A stretch of 63,851 bases of DNA, counting the filler, from Reticulomyxa filosa (taxonomy: Eukaryota > Protista > Foraminifera), in NCBI GenBank assembly GCA_000512085.1. It is 21 parts of 21 records of this genome, joined end to end, with 100 filler letters (N's around TTAATTAATTAA, not from the genome) between each part and the next. Parts side by side here need not be neighbours in the genome. Positions count along the whole stretch, not along the records: positions 37,625 to 39,794 come from ASPP01018476.1; positions 39,895 to 42,953 come from ASPP01011213.1; positions 43,054 to 44,746 come from ASPP01027802.1; positions 44,847 to 47,346 come from ASPP01025421.1; positions 47,447 to 51,808 come from ASPP01018107.1; positions 51,909 to 54,766 come from ASPP01003882.1; 15 more parts are not named here. One strand, 5' to 3'. This document shows, piece after piece, positions 38,948 through 52,078 of the stretch. Numbering within the stretch: position 1 is the first letter of the stretch; every line of letters starts with the position of its first letter. The translations under genes and the position numbers were made by a program. Under the pieces are notes generated by a model, which was not told the DNA's origin, did no database searches, and was given only the letters and a program-made list of their open reading frames with translations.

Positions 38948-39174
38948 TTCAAATCCAACGTTCGTGAAATCGGCAGTCCCTGACGCGGGTGACTTTCGCA
39001 CACCCCGTGATCGAGACGAAATCCACTCGAGGCTTTGGAGCCGGACCAGCCCGCGATCAAGCCCGGGATTTCACGTCGGACGGCCGACCAGCAGGGCTAT
39101 GCCTGCTTTCCCGCCTTCCCCCATCGCGAGACTGCCGCTATCGTCCGGCGCGGGCGCCTACGGGGGAGATGGAC

Positions 39175-39513
39175 ATGTTCGAGTTCGAAAAAGATGAGCG
39201 AATTCGTGGCATCGATTCAAATACAGCCGCTCTCTCGATGGCAATGGCACACGACTTCATCCTCGAGATCCTGCTTACGCGGGACATGCTGGAAACAGGA
39301 CACGACGAAGCACGAAAGCTCGCCCGCCTCGCAATCGAGCGCTGGGAGCGGAGATACGGCGAAGGCTCGAACCTGAGCGTCTCCCGCGAGGACGACCGCG
39401 GACGCCTTCACAGTTCGGGCAAGGCATTCGTCGACCGGCTGATGAGAAAGGCGCTCGCACGCTCCGACTATATCCGGGAGCAGATGAGCCAGGATGCGGA
39501 CGACAAAAGTTGA
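39175..39513 (+). CDS. Bacterial hypothetical protein
   Basis: GGGGGAG ribosome site before MFEFEKDER..; GC-rich third codon positions. Confidence 0.65.
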   Translation: MFEFEKDERIRGIDSNTAALSMAMAHDFILEILLTRDMLETGHDEARKLARLAIERWERRYGEGSNLSVSREDDRGRLHSSGKAFVDRLMRKALARSDYIREQMSQDADDKS

Positions 39514-39590
39514 GCCTTTCGCGGCAATTTTCGCGCCACCTCGTTGAGGTCGACCGGCCCCGAGCACGCTCTTTCTGTTGGAGATCGTAA

Positions 39591-39794
39591 ATGCGCCATT
39601 CGACGTTCAAGGGTGAGACCGAGGCCGAGATCGCGACAAGAATCAACGACTCGCTCAAGGGCCTCGCGCCACATGTGCCAGGGCTCGAACGGGTCGCGCC
39701 GACCCTGACGATCAGCAAACGCCGCAATAGCGGCGAACGACGCCCCGAGCAGATGATACGGACGTTCGTCTACGCCTCTCAAGGCTATCACTGG
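39591..39794 (+). CDS. Bacterial hypothetical protein, 3' truncated
   Basis: GGAG upstream of the ATG; open to the contig end. Confidence 0.5.
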
Positions 39795-39894
39795 NNNNNN
39801 NNNNNNNNNNNNNNNNNNNNNNNNNNNNNNNNNNNNNNTTAATTAATTAANNNNNNNNNNNNNNNNNNNNNNNNNNNNNNNNNNNNNNNNNNNN

Positions 39895-40027
39895 TTTAAA
39901 AACTACAAGATTGTAGAATATTTTTTTAAAAAAAAATTATGTTTAAATCTTTATTTTTCAGAAAATCGATTCTCTTCATATAGTGAGTGCCCTTTATGTA
40001 TGGCGGTTTTTTTTGCAATATACTGTA
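39895..40027. mobile_element. Right end of TA-CAGT TIR (MITE-like) element
   Basis: About 130 bp similar to 60125-60260 and to the reverse complement of 62807-62945; ends ttttgcaatatactg+TA. Confidence 0.65.
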
Positions 40028-41315
40028 TAAAATTTGTTGTAAATATGTCTTGACTATATTTGTTTGAAAATTTTTTACATTATTTTTTATACTAAAACTT
40101 AAATCAAATCAATATAATATTCTATTGACAATTGTTATTTCTATTAAGAACTTTACATTATATTTTCTTTATTTTCTATTTTTATTCAAAAAAGATTTCA
40201 AAGTACAATTTTATTTTATTGATAAAGATAAACAAATGAAACTTAATCTCATTTTCTTCGTTATTTTTTGATTTTGTTATATGTATTTCCCACTGCACAA
40301 GGTTTTTTTCAAATCAATATTTTTCCACAATAAACAAAAGCTAGCTAATTAAGTATTCGACATGACCAAATGATACTACTTATATTAAATCTGGAACACC
40401 ACATTAACTAACAGTAATTTGTCTGCTATAGACCACTAGTTGTATCATGTTGTTTAATTTTCTTTGATAGTTACGTGCTAATGAGAAAATTGAAAAAATT
40501 AAATAAAACATTGCACAACAAACCGTATATCAAAAGATATATTACTTTTTCTTTGAATTTTATTCACTTTAAACTGACTCTAATCCGCAAATAGATGAAT
40601 GAACCTGAATAAGTAAACATGAACTAACCAATACTTTGTTAGTTTGAATCAGCCTAGTATGTGGTACGTGACGCATAAATTTTGTGCACATATTGGTTCT
40701 TTTTCTTAGTTATTTTAAGAGCTCCCGTGGTTTAGTGGTTTTTTTTCTAATTTCATTTTTTGAAAATTGTACGGCAAACAATTATTTGTCAAATTTTTTC
40801 AGTAAAACTAATCGAAAGTTGCTTATCATAATAAAATTTACTAGTGCAAATTTGCTATATGATCAAAATCTCACAATTAAAAAAAAATAGTCTCGCGATC
40901 ACTATGATTTTTACTTTCAATTTTGTGTCGAAATGAGCCCGAAGCTCTTTTGTATGACGACATATTTTGGAATGTATTTATTAACAGATTTGTTCATTAA
41001 GTAAAATGAGTTCAAACAGAGATATTGAAAAGTTGCGGTTATATTTAGTTAAACTTTGTTGAACTATATATAATGAATGTCGCAGTGCATTGAGAGATTG
41101 AACAAATGTTGAAAGACGCACATTAAAAAACTGCAAATCAGTTGTTATGATCACAAGAAACGGTTAAAGGATAAGGAGAAAACGAAAGCGAAAAAGGCAA
41201 AAAAAGAAAAATAAATTACACAGTGGCACTGTTTTTGCATAAGTTATCAAGTCTCTGTGTTAAAAGATGGCTAAATTCGTCATAATCAATTTTAAAGTTC
41301 ATCCCAACTTCAATT

Positions 41316-41697
41316 TTATTCAGTGCGTGTTTGAGTTCTATCGAGAGTTTGTTTAGCACACCACACAACGATATCAAGTGTCACATGCAGACCGAAAATA
41401 AAATAGAGATGGAAAATCGGCATACCTTTTTTGAGCTCCGCAATAATATTTTCTTTGAAATCGGCAACAGTTTGACAACTAGTGTAAGAACCACTCCGAA
41501 TATTATTCCAATTTAAGTTCATTGCAAGCCACTTGTCAATTTGGAATTCATTCCATTCAAAAACATTGGGTGAAGTTTTTGGTTTTTTGTACCGAGCATT
41601 TTTGGTCGGTTTATTGTCAGAAAAGTCAAAAAGATCATTCCAATTCATCATGAGTAAGTCCATTTCACTTTTTGTATCAATATTATTATTATTGTTA

Positions 41698-41780
<83 letters not shown>

Positions 41781-42953
41781 GTCATTGTGATCATATTCAT
41801 TTCGATTGTAATTTTCATTGACATTCCATTCCATGTCAAAGTCCATTGGAAAAAGGTTTTGATCGTTTGCAGCAATGGCATCTTGGTTTTCATCGCATTG
41901 CTGATAATACGGGCACGGCGAATGAGCGACTTGATGATGCGCACGTTTGATTTCCGAGAGGTCGATGATGGAGGGATTGATGGAGTCAACTTGCTCGACC
42001 TCTTTGAAGTGATATTCAAATTGGTAGTCTTCGTTCGTGTGTTGTGTTAAATAAGTGGGGATCGTATACCAATAAAGCGTTGTCTCCACTTGCAACTCGC
42101 TATTGAAGTCCTTACCAAAATGTAACACCAGAGACGGGGCTAATATATTGTCATCAAACAAAGGCACCAAATACGACAGTATACGTGATTGCGGTTTGAT
42201 GGATGCTAATACTTTGGTCAATAATTCTGTCTGAAAAAAAGGGATTTTTTTGTGTTTTTAATTTTGGTGAAAACATGTTTGATATTAATTAAATGTGTAC
42301 TGACAAAATATATATACATATACATATATATGTACATATATATGTATATATATGTATGCGTATTTGCATTTTAATTGCTATGTATTTGTTTGTAACATCT
42401 CCTTCCAACGAATGAGATAACACCACAGAGGCCTCTTCTTTTAATAACTTGATTACGTGCGGAGAATGCCAGTGATTGTTAATGATTTGAACGCGATTGG
42501 AAAGGCCATAGTTATTGATATTTTTCCGAGCGACTCGTGCTTGCAGCCGATTGGGCTCCACGCAAATCCCGCGATTCAACGTGAAGTTACTCAACAGCAA
42601 ACTCAACACTTGCCCATTTCCACACGACAAATCTACAATCACATCCGACTCGTCTACCCAACGAGGCAACTGTTACACATTTTTTTAAAAAAAAAAGAGT
42701 GAGAGTGTGTGTATACGTATGATTATGCCGGTATCGTTACAGACTGACTCCATTCCTACGCAGTATAAATACAGTTGCAAGATATACAATAAACTTTGGA
42801 GTGAAACAGCAACATTTGGATAATGGACAATGGAATAGCAAGGGAGTGTTCACGATGTACGGTGGTGTACCTGGAACGAGTAGAGGGAAGAGAACAAGTA
42901 AAAGATGGTTGAAAAAGATGTCCCGATGTTGTTGTTGTTGTTGTTGTTGTTGT
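41316..42953 (-). CDS. Class I SAM-dependent methyltransferase with Asn-rich tail, 5' partial
   Basis: Motif I VIVDLSCGNG, post-I GICVEPN..ARKNI..GL..RVQII, and after an intron LASIKPQSRILSY. Confidence 0.7.
41682..41780. repeat. (AAT)n microsatellite encoding poly-Asn
   Basis: About 33 units inside the minus-strand ORF. Confidence 0.95.
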
Positions 42954-43053
42954 NNNNNNNNNNNNNNNNNNNNNNNNNNNNNNNNNNNNNNNNNNNNTTA
43001 ATTAATTAANNNNNNNNNNNNNNNNNNNNNNNNNNNNNNNNNNNNNNNNNNNN

Positions 43054-43092
<39 letters not shown>

Positions 43093-43094
43093 AG

Positions 43095-43790
43095 TACTTT
43101 TGGCTGATCGTTGCGAAAAAATTTTGGGGAAAATGAAGGCACAAAATGGTCCGATTGAACAGTGTGGCGATAAAAATTTAATTGTCTAGTCTTCAAATCC
43201 AACGCTTGTTTGAATTGAATTAATTGCTGCTCTTGCTCCATTGCTGTCTTTGCTACCTCACGTGAGGAGTCACTTACGGCTTGCAAACTTTCCTCCAGCT
43301 GCTTAATTTGGGAGCATCGAGACATCGATTCATCCAACATTTTCTTATTTTCATTTCGCAGTTTTTTAATTTCGCTTTCTAATATTTGCCTTTGACCGAG
43401 CACATCTTTATCCGTTTCTTTGGCACTCCATAATGTTTTCGAGTCGCTCTCTTCCATTCTTACATCTTTTACATTCAACTCCATCTCTTGTTTTCCATTC
43501 CAATTCCTTGCCTCTTTTTCTATACATGTCGAAAGAGTCTTGCGTCTTGTCATGTCTTTCTCGTCACCTTTTTTGGATAACGTCTGCATGCTATTCCCTT
43601 CTTTGCTTTGTGATTCATTTTTTCTCGTCAAATGCACTGACCACCAACCCTCGCCCTTAAAATCAACCAGTTTCAGTTTGTGTTTCTTCCGTCTTATTTT
43701 TATCATACTTTTTTTTTTTAATCCTCTGACAATGAAAATAGATCATTACCTTTGATTTGTGGTACAACTCCTTTTGCTTGTCTGACATGG
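43095..43790 (-). CDS. Hypothetical coiled-coil protein, partial
   Basis: Open frame with heptad pattern (ILESEIKKLRNENKKML..IKQLEESLQ); ends in an intron-like poly(T) at the contig edge. Confidence 0.5.
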
Positions 43791-46700
43791 CAATAAAAGC
43801 GTTCTTTCTATATATTTTTTTATCGGGGAATACGAGCAGCTTCTGGTCGTAGAAAGAAAACATTACACTGACTTACCAAAATGTTATAATTTTAATTAAT
43901 GTCGTCTTCTTCAATGTTGTTTGCTTAAGTTTAAAACCTTCCAAAACAAATGACAAAAGTCCAAAGCTTAATAATTTAAAATAAAAAATAAAATGTCAAA
44001 AGTTTGTTGTAAACAGAACTATCACTAAAAAAACATCAATAGCAAGATCTTATATAATGGCAGTTTGGGATTGTTATAATAATGTTGCATTCAAATTTGT
44101 AATTCGAACGTTTAAAAACTTATCTGCTGTGTAGAAATTAAGAACAAGCAAAAAGAGAAACTTTTAGGCAGTTTACATTCGGTAGTGTTTTCGATGTTAT
44201 ACTGGTAAAGAGAATGAATTTCTAAAAAGTCTCTGCATGTTCCCTTTTCTTTGAATTCGAATATTTACAGTTAGTTCGATCAATATGTCTGTTTTGATGC
44301 TGAGTTATATAGCGTTACAATTGATAAAAAAGTTGCGTGGGCTGGGAAGTTCTTTGCCAGAGTCATCGCTCAATAACGCAGTCAAAAGTGACTCAACAAC
44401 CGAGCAGCTGCAATCACATATGAATGGCAAGCAGCCAAATCAAAATGGTAAAAAAGTTTATTTTCGAAGAATCTCTTTGTTTTGTCTTTTTTAATATGAT
44501 ATACCCTAAACGAGAGATTTTGACAAAGTTTGGACGGACGTTTGCATGGCAAAATAGATGCACTGCTCCGTCAAATGGAAGCAAATTTGGAGTCCATGCA
44601 AGAGTTGTCACAACCGAAAATCGACGATACAATTGTGCAGTTAATTTTCAAACACAAACAATCGAAAATAACAAATCCAAAAAAAAAAAAAAACAATAGT
44701 AATCACTCACAAATGCTTTTGTATTAATCCAACTGTGAAATGCAAANNNNNNNNNNNNNNNNNNNNNNNNNNNNNNNNNNNNNNNNNNNNTTAATTAATT
44801 AANNNNNNNNNNNNNNNNNNNNNNNNNNNNNNNNNNNNNNNNNNNNCAAAATAACTTGAAAAAAATAATTGTTACAATTTATATATATATATCATTTCAT
44901 TTTTTTTCCTAAAAAATTGATTAATTACAGATAATTGAAAATTATAATTGTTTTTTTTTAGAATGAATCCTTACTTTTTCTTAAATAATAATTTTCTCTT
45001 TAAGAGAAAAAGTTTTCCCTTTTTAGAAAAAATTCTCTTAGACATTACGAATGTGATTTTTGCTCTTCTATCTTCAAACAACCTAACAAGCCAAAAGTAT
45101 TCAACATGGAGCTTGCTTCTCGAGGATTTCTTCGCCAATGTACTCCTCTGCAAAACTGCAATAGTGACTGAAAAAAGAAAGAATAGAGTCAGTGTAAACT
45201 CAAGACGTCCAAAATCAACATTATTTGAAAAAAAGGTGATGTCATCGCGGCCCAAACAAATACATTTGTCTATTGTGGTTTCTCCTGACATTGACAGCAT
45301 TCAGGTTGACATTATGTATCTATCTTCACAGTCAAGCAAGGATAACATTTTTTTTGTTCGAAAGTGCATAATACATGAAATTGTTAATAACTAAAAAAAA
45401 AACCCAGATATTTGATCGTATACCATTTTCAAAATCAAAAATAAATTTGGCAATACGATCTTTTCTTCATCGATTAAAATTGGTAATATATAATAGGCAA
45501 TGATGGAACAAGTATTTATTCTGATCTCAAGAGTCTCAAAAACAAACAAACAAAAAATCACGTGCTAGCAAGAATAAAAGAAATTGGATTGTTTTAGAAA
45601 ATATTACCATTTGATACAGCTGTGGAGTTGGAATGCTTTAATCTGTGATGCGAATATAAATGTTGAGAATTCAATTTCAACAACACTACTGGCTTCAATT
45701 GATGGATTTGTATTTACTTTCAATATCCAAGAATGAATAATTTTATTGTATAGTGAATAATAAATGATATTACGACTGTCATTGTCATCATTGTTGGCAC
45801 CTTTCTTTATTCTCATTCGTAACTCTTGTTTTATTATTGATATTTTCAAATCATCTTTTTTGAAGTCCTTTGTTAATTTTCGTAACCAAAGAACTTGCAC
45901 TTCCAATCACTAATACTACTTCCATTTTTGTTCCCCTTATTTGCTTAATTGGATTTAGGCTCTACTTTTTCTTTATCGTCTTTTTATTCCTTTCTGTTGT
46001 ACGTATTCTCTTTGCCATCTACTCATACATGACCACAAGAAAACACTATATGAGGTCTTTTTTTGCAAGGAATAATGACAAGAATCAATTCATAATTTCG
46101 CAAAGTTGACGCTTAAGCGTAGTGAAAACCAAATGGAATCTTTTTGCATATTTTCTACTTTTAGATTTTACACTCAAAAATTTTTGTACGATGAATATAT
46201 TTGAAAAAGATGTCAGGTGAATTGAAGTTAATAAAAAAAAATACATTCACACAAAAGATAAACATTTTCAATCCAAAAATTTGAGGCAAGTGTTAAATAC
46301 TTGCAATCGAATATGCAATACTTTGTCTTTGTTTACTGGCACCGCAACCATCACATCCACTTTCCACATGTATTGTATTCTTTGGAGACCTATGTTATAT
46401 ACGTGTGTATTGATCATATATATTTCAATTTCAATCACATCAAAAGAAAAAACATTATAACTTGGAATATAGGTTGCGCACATAATCACTATAATCATCA
46501 GCTAACCACTTTCAATTGTGCAATTTACTTTCAATCCATCATGAGCCACACATACACACGATATGGACCTCCAATTTTTTCCTAAATTATACGTTATTCA
46601 AAACGCAATGCTATGATCCACATTCGACGCACATCGTCACTAATAGATATTTGTGCAATAATGAACACATAAATTCTATTGGAGAAATGACAAGGTGCGC

Positions 46701-47446
46701 GTGTTGTAGTGAGGCTTCCATGATTTCCATCATCACAGTTTTACTTTTATCTACTGCAACCATAATATTGATATTGCTGCTGTTGCTATTACTTTTGCTA
46801 TTATCGCTGGAGACTCGCTACAGCACCAATGACAATATAAATAGCACAAACATTTCCATTCACATTCCAAAACTTCATTGACACATCTTGGAATATCTAT
46901 TAAAAAATTTCAAGCAACACATAAATAAATAATAATATACGTATAAAGATGTTGTGTTTCTATTAGTTATTGAATATGTACAGATTGACTGACTTGGGGG
47001 GAAATTGATATCATTGTCCCCTAGAGTTACCATTTTTTTTTTTTAGCGGCGGTCTTGTCAATATCCAAATTTTTGGATTTACGATTCAAAGGTCGCTCCA
47101 TTATTTATCAAATCAATTATCGACTGGCATGTTGTTGCTTTTTGCGACAAATGTGCAACAACATTAGCTCTTCCATGCACATCAAATCAAAACAAATTCG
47201 TGGAATATAGCAATGGCACCCAAATATTGTCGCGCAAAACACCAGTTCAATGTATTGAAACAATTGACAAAATAAGTAAACGATGGCATGGACTGCGTTT
47301 CGTCGTCGTCGTCGTCGTCGTCGTCATTACAAGCATCACTGGCGCTNNNNNNNNNNNNNNNNNNNNNNNNNNNNNNNNNNNNNNNNNNNNTTAATTAATT
47401 AANNNNNNNNNNNNNNNNNNNNNNNNNNNNNNNNNNNNNNNNNNNN

Positions 47447-48123
47447 CGCGATATAAAAATTTCAAAGATGCACAATTTCAATCATTTTGGAATAGCTTAA
47501 GTTTATCTATTACTTCTCCTTTGCAAAAACAAAGAGCATTGGAAATGATCAATGATGCCATTGTTTATTCATTTCAACACATCAACGAAATCAAAGTGGA
47601 AACAGAATTAACTAAATTATTTGAAACTCTACAATTTGAAAAAAAAGATTGGATTTTGTTTTCAAAACGAGGATATGCCAATTATACGACTGATCAACTA
47701 CGTGTTGAACATACTGGAGTATTGTGGCGTCAATTAAACAACTTAGTTCAATCAGAGCATTTGGATGAAAGTTCGATTACTCCATTTGTTCTTAATATTT
47801 ATCAACGGGCATTACCTAATGAAATCCAAACACAAATTAAAGAATTTGTGAAGAGGACATCATTGGGAACAATGAAAGATATATTAAAGGCATGGCGTGA
47901 AGTAGCTTATAAACAAGGACAGATTAAACAAGATAAAAACTCTCAATTTGGTCATTTGTTGGAACAACATCTCCCCGACAATCTATTTGAATATTTTCCA
48001 CATCAGCTATTGACATGGAGTTATTGTGCTGCTGCATATCAATGTGCATATCAAGAATGGAAAAAACAAGACCAACAATCAACTTCGTTGTTTACTAAAA
48101 TTATAGGCGCCCTCTTTTTCTAA
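47447..48123 (+). CDS. C-terminus of an unknown helical protein
   Basis: More than 200 open codons from the contig start in AT-rich DNA. Confidence 0.6.
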
Positions 48124-48581
48124 AAACAATGCATTTACATTTTTATTATGTAAAAAAATGAGTATCTGTGCGGATTTCTAATAAGATAGAAGTCCACTTT
48201 TTGAATTTCTGTGATTGGGTTTATCATTCTTAAATGAAACATACGCAAGCCTTTACAGCACTGTCTGGATATGTCTTTGTAGATTGATGATATTTCTGTC
48301 TATCTCTGCTTCAACAAGGATTTTAGAAAATTTTTTGCAAATGAGCGTTTTTCAAATTTTTATATAGAGGATATGTTCTGGTGGCCAATGCTTTTGAATA
48401 TTCATCCATTTTATAAACAATGTTTTAATTCAAATCCTCCATTTCAATTGCGAAGTTAATTTATCATTTTACTAAAAAGAATGTGCCAATTTTGATCAAG
48501 GGACCAGTAAAATTTTTCAGTTTCAAAAGTAAAATTTTGATTTTTGATCCATTAAGACAAAAACAAAAAAAAATACTTGAA

Positions 48582-50633
48582 ATGTCTTCTTGGATAGTTT
48601 TTGTTACAATTGAGTCGAAGAAATATCAAATTGAATTGGCAACATTGACAATAGAATGTTTGAGTCAACAAGTCGTCAAAGTAAGCAAGAAAGACCAACA
48701 AGGAAATATATTAGTTAAGATTACCAGTGGCAACAACTGCGACATTACAACAGACGAGGAGCTTAAAAAAATGGTTGAAAGTGAGCAGATCGATTTGGTT
48801 GCTTGCTTTCGTCCAGGTTACTTTATTGTATGTTATTTCTTAACATATGTATCAACATTCTAAGCAAAAAAAATGTTATCAGAAGAATTCCCGAACAAAG
48901 ATGTAGCCCTACAAAAAATAAGGAATCCGCTTGTGCTATTGGCCAGCGCAATACAATATGAACAACAGCCATACTTGACAGAGGCAAAACAAGATCTCCA
49001 TATATTAAAGTCACTTTTTGAACGAAGATTTGGTTATCAAGTGTTTAGTATTTTTCCGAACAACGAATCATTAACATTGGATAATTTACATAACTTCATT
49101 GTGCAACATTGTTCGAATTTAGCAGAAAATCTTGATAAAACATTTTATGACGGGTTGATTTTTGTGTGGTGTGGACGTGGAATTGTCGAAGATAATCAAA
49201 CTGATATTTTGATCACAAGTGATGACAAGAGAATATGTTTCAAAGATATTCAAGACGAATTTGTGTACTTTGTAAGAAAACCAAAGATATTTCTACAAAT
49301 TACATATGGAAAAGAGCAAAAAGGAAACAATGTCTGGTATAAGCATGATACTGATACTCTTACCATATTTGCAAACACACGAGAAGAGCCAATCATTGAC
49401 AATGAAAATGATGAAAAGCGAAATTATTTTACCCAATGCTTTTGCCAGGTTATTCAAGATAATATTCACAAAAATTTTGGTTTTATCCTCCAACAATTGA
49501 TCGAGATTGCTTGTGGTCAAACATTTTTACAAAAGGAAGCCATACAATTTGACGTTTGTTTGATTCCGAAATGCGATAATGCTGACAATGATAGCAAAAA
49601 TGAACTACAGTCAATAACAAATGGTGATAGTTTCAACACTTTGGATTATAAGAAGCATTGGAATAGAGATTGGAAAAAAGCAAATGTGGAAGCAGTAAAA
49701 ATGGTTGAACAGATGTTACAAAAAAACGAACAGGGTGTGATTGTTGTTATCAAAAATTCGGTTCAATTGCAAAATAGGACAAATACAAATAAAATTGCAA
49801 ACAAAGACTACTCATTTTCATTTAACGAGCTGATGAATAGCAGCCAAGTTGAAAAACGACAATTTGAAAAATACTGGACGTATATTATCAAAAGTAAATT
49901 GGTGATATTAGATAATGTAATTATTGACGGAAATATGTATGCGATTGAGTGTGAAATCCAATATAAAGAAAATGTTGACATTACAACTCAGTTTTTTGTC
50001 ACCAAGAATGTGATTGTTGATCAAAAATTAAAACTGCTGGTTTCACCAATTCAATGGAACACAAAAATTCATCATGACATCCCAGTAAAGATTAACGATC
50101 TCAAAGAAAGTGCACGAGAGTGTTTTGAAAAAAACAATTTTGATGAAGCCATTCTCCATTTTCAAGGGGCTTTGCAATTATCGATGAATGTGTTTGAACC
50201 CTGTCACCCTTACATCACTGACTCGTATTACAATTTAGGACTTGCACATAATAAAAAGGGACAATATGACAAAGCAATTGAATTTTATGAAAAAGCATTG
50301 GAACAATATTTATATATTTTTGGAAACAATCATGTTGATGTTGCCGATTCGTACATCGCTTTGGGAACTGTCTATTTCAAAAAAAGAAATTATGACGAAG
50401 CAATTAAATATGATGAAAAAGCGTTGAAGATAAGGAAGGAAATTTTCGGATATTCAAACAGATCTGTTGGTGATGCATGTTGGAACTTGGGGTTGACATG
50501 TGAAGAAACGAGAGCAACAGAAAGAGCCTGCAAGTATTTTGAAGAGGCGTGGAAAGTGTACAGCACTGTATTAGGAGAGTGGGACAAAGAAACATGGCAA
50601 TCCAAACATAGAGTAGAAAGGAGTACTAGATGA
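48582..50633 (+). CDS. PB1/ubiquitin-like + caspase-like (catalytically degenerate) + TPR protein
   Basis: An intron from 48817 to 48864 or 48882 removes the only stop. Caspase-fold motifs DLHILKSLFERRFGY, DGLIFVWCGRG, KPKIFLQITY and YFTQCFCQVI; kinesin-light-chain-type TPRs (ADSY.NLG...GQYDKAIEFYEKAL). Confidence 0.8.
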
Positions 50634-51129
50634 ATTGTGTTTCTAGTGGGGCATCTAAACATAATAAAAGGATGTTTGTAGATATTTCTGCGGCCCATTA
50701 ATTTTTTGTTGATTTTTTCAATATTTTCCTATCCAAAACATTAATTTATTGCACACTCGCAGCTATTTTATCATTATTTTGAACGATCTTATCATTATCT
50801 TTGTGTGAATAAATTTTTTGTCAATAATTTTAATCATATGAATAATAATTATATTATAATACCACAGTAAAAATAAAAATTTCCTTCATAAAGCTTTTGT
50901 GACAGTTGTCAAAAAAATTAAGTTGTTTAATAAACTGATTTATATAATGTAACAAAAATATCGCAGATATGACAGTCTTGCTATTTATCAGCTTTTATTA
51001 CGTTCTTCCAATTTTGTACTCCAAAATTACACATTATACTTGGTTTGTCACGTATACGAATATAGTACAAGAGTATTACCATCACGTTAGTTTATCTGTC
51101 ATGAATGTTCACTAAGTGTATTCCAATTA

Positions 51130-51430
51130 TCATATTTGAATTGCTGTATCAAATGAACAAGAAGCGATATACAAACTATTTGTAGAAAATTGATTTTAAT
51201 TATTTTATTGCCCATTCTGCCATATAAAAATTATTTGTTACAGCTTTTGAAATGCTTCTGTTTTTTAGATTTCTTTCCAGAATTTAAACCATACAATCTG
51301 GTTGTTTTTGCTTGGCTTGTTACAATCAGGTGAAAATTATAATATTATTATATTTTCATTTTTCTAAGCTCTGATCCAGATTTTAAATCCAGTTCCTATT
51401 CGTTTGACGAAATTATCATCAAACTACTAT
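51130..51430 (-). pseudogene. Highly decayed WD40 relic
   Basis: Fragments DLKSGSELRK, FSPD, LNSGKK and FSTNSLYIASCSFDTAIQI in shifting frames. Confidence 0.4.
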
Positions 51431-52078
51431 GCATACATACGTTTAAATATACGTATTAATTCATTTAATCGATCTAAGCAAGCCAAAGCTATATTTAGAA
51501 AATATGATAAATCAATAAAGACAAATCCAAAAATTCCTATTATAAAAAAAATATTGTGTACGTAAAAACATAAGTTTTACTAATTTATCAACAAAAAAAT
51601 TAAAAAGATATCATACACATTTTATGTTGTCAAAAAACAAAAATAAGGCCAAACAATTTAATACCATGCTAAAGAAAAGCAAAAATTAAAATAACTTTTT
51701 CTCTTTGTTACATTGCTTGCATATTGTTCTCTGAAAAAATTTCTGTAAATACACTTTTGCATTGACCATTTCTTGACTTCAATGATTGATTTAATACAAA
51801 CTAAATAANNNNNNNNNNNNNNNNNNNNNNNNNNNNNNNNNNNNNNNNNNNNTTAATTAATTAANNNNNNNNNNNNNNNNNNNNNNNNNNNNNNNNNNNN
51901 NNNNNNNNTTTTTGTGTTTTCCCTTCGAAACTCTGGTCTATGAGATGTTGAGCCAAGAGAATATATATCAAGTATATATTAAACAATTAAATCGTTTTGG
52001 AAAAGAAAATTGCAGCGTATTTCAATAATATTTGATTAAAAAAAGTTCAAAGGAGGGACCTCAAAATATACATTATAA

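Noticed and set aside
37625-39794. Horizontal transfer of bacterial genes into the host
   Set aside because: There is no junction with host DNA, no introns and no compositional amelioration.
44847-47346. Possible minus-strand gene with poly-Asp and Ser/Asn tracts
   Set aside because: There are exon-like patches, but I could not build a consistent spliced frame or assign a family.
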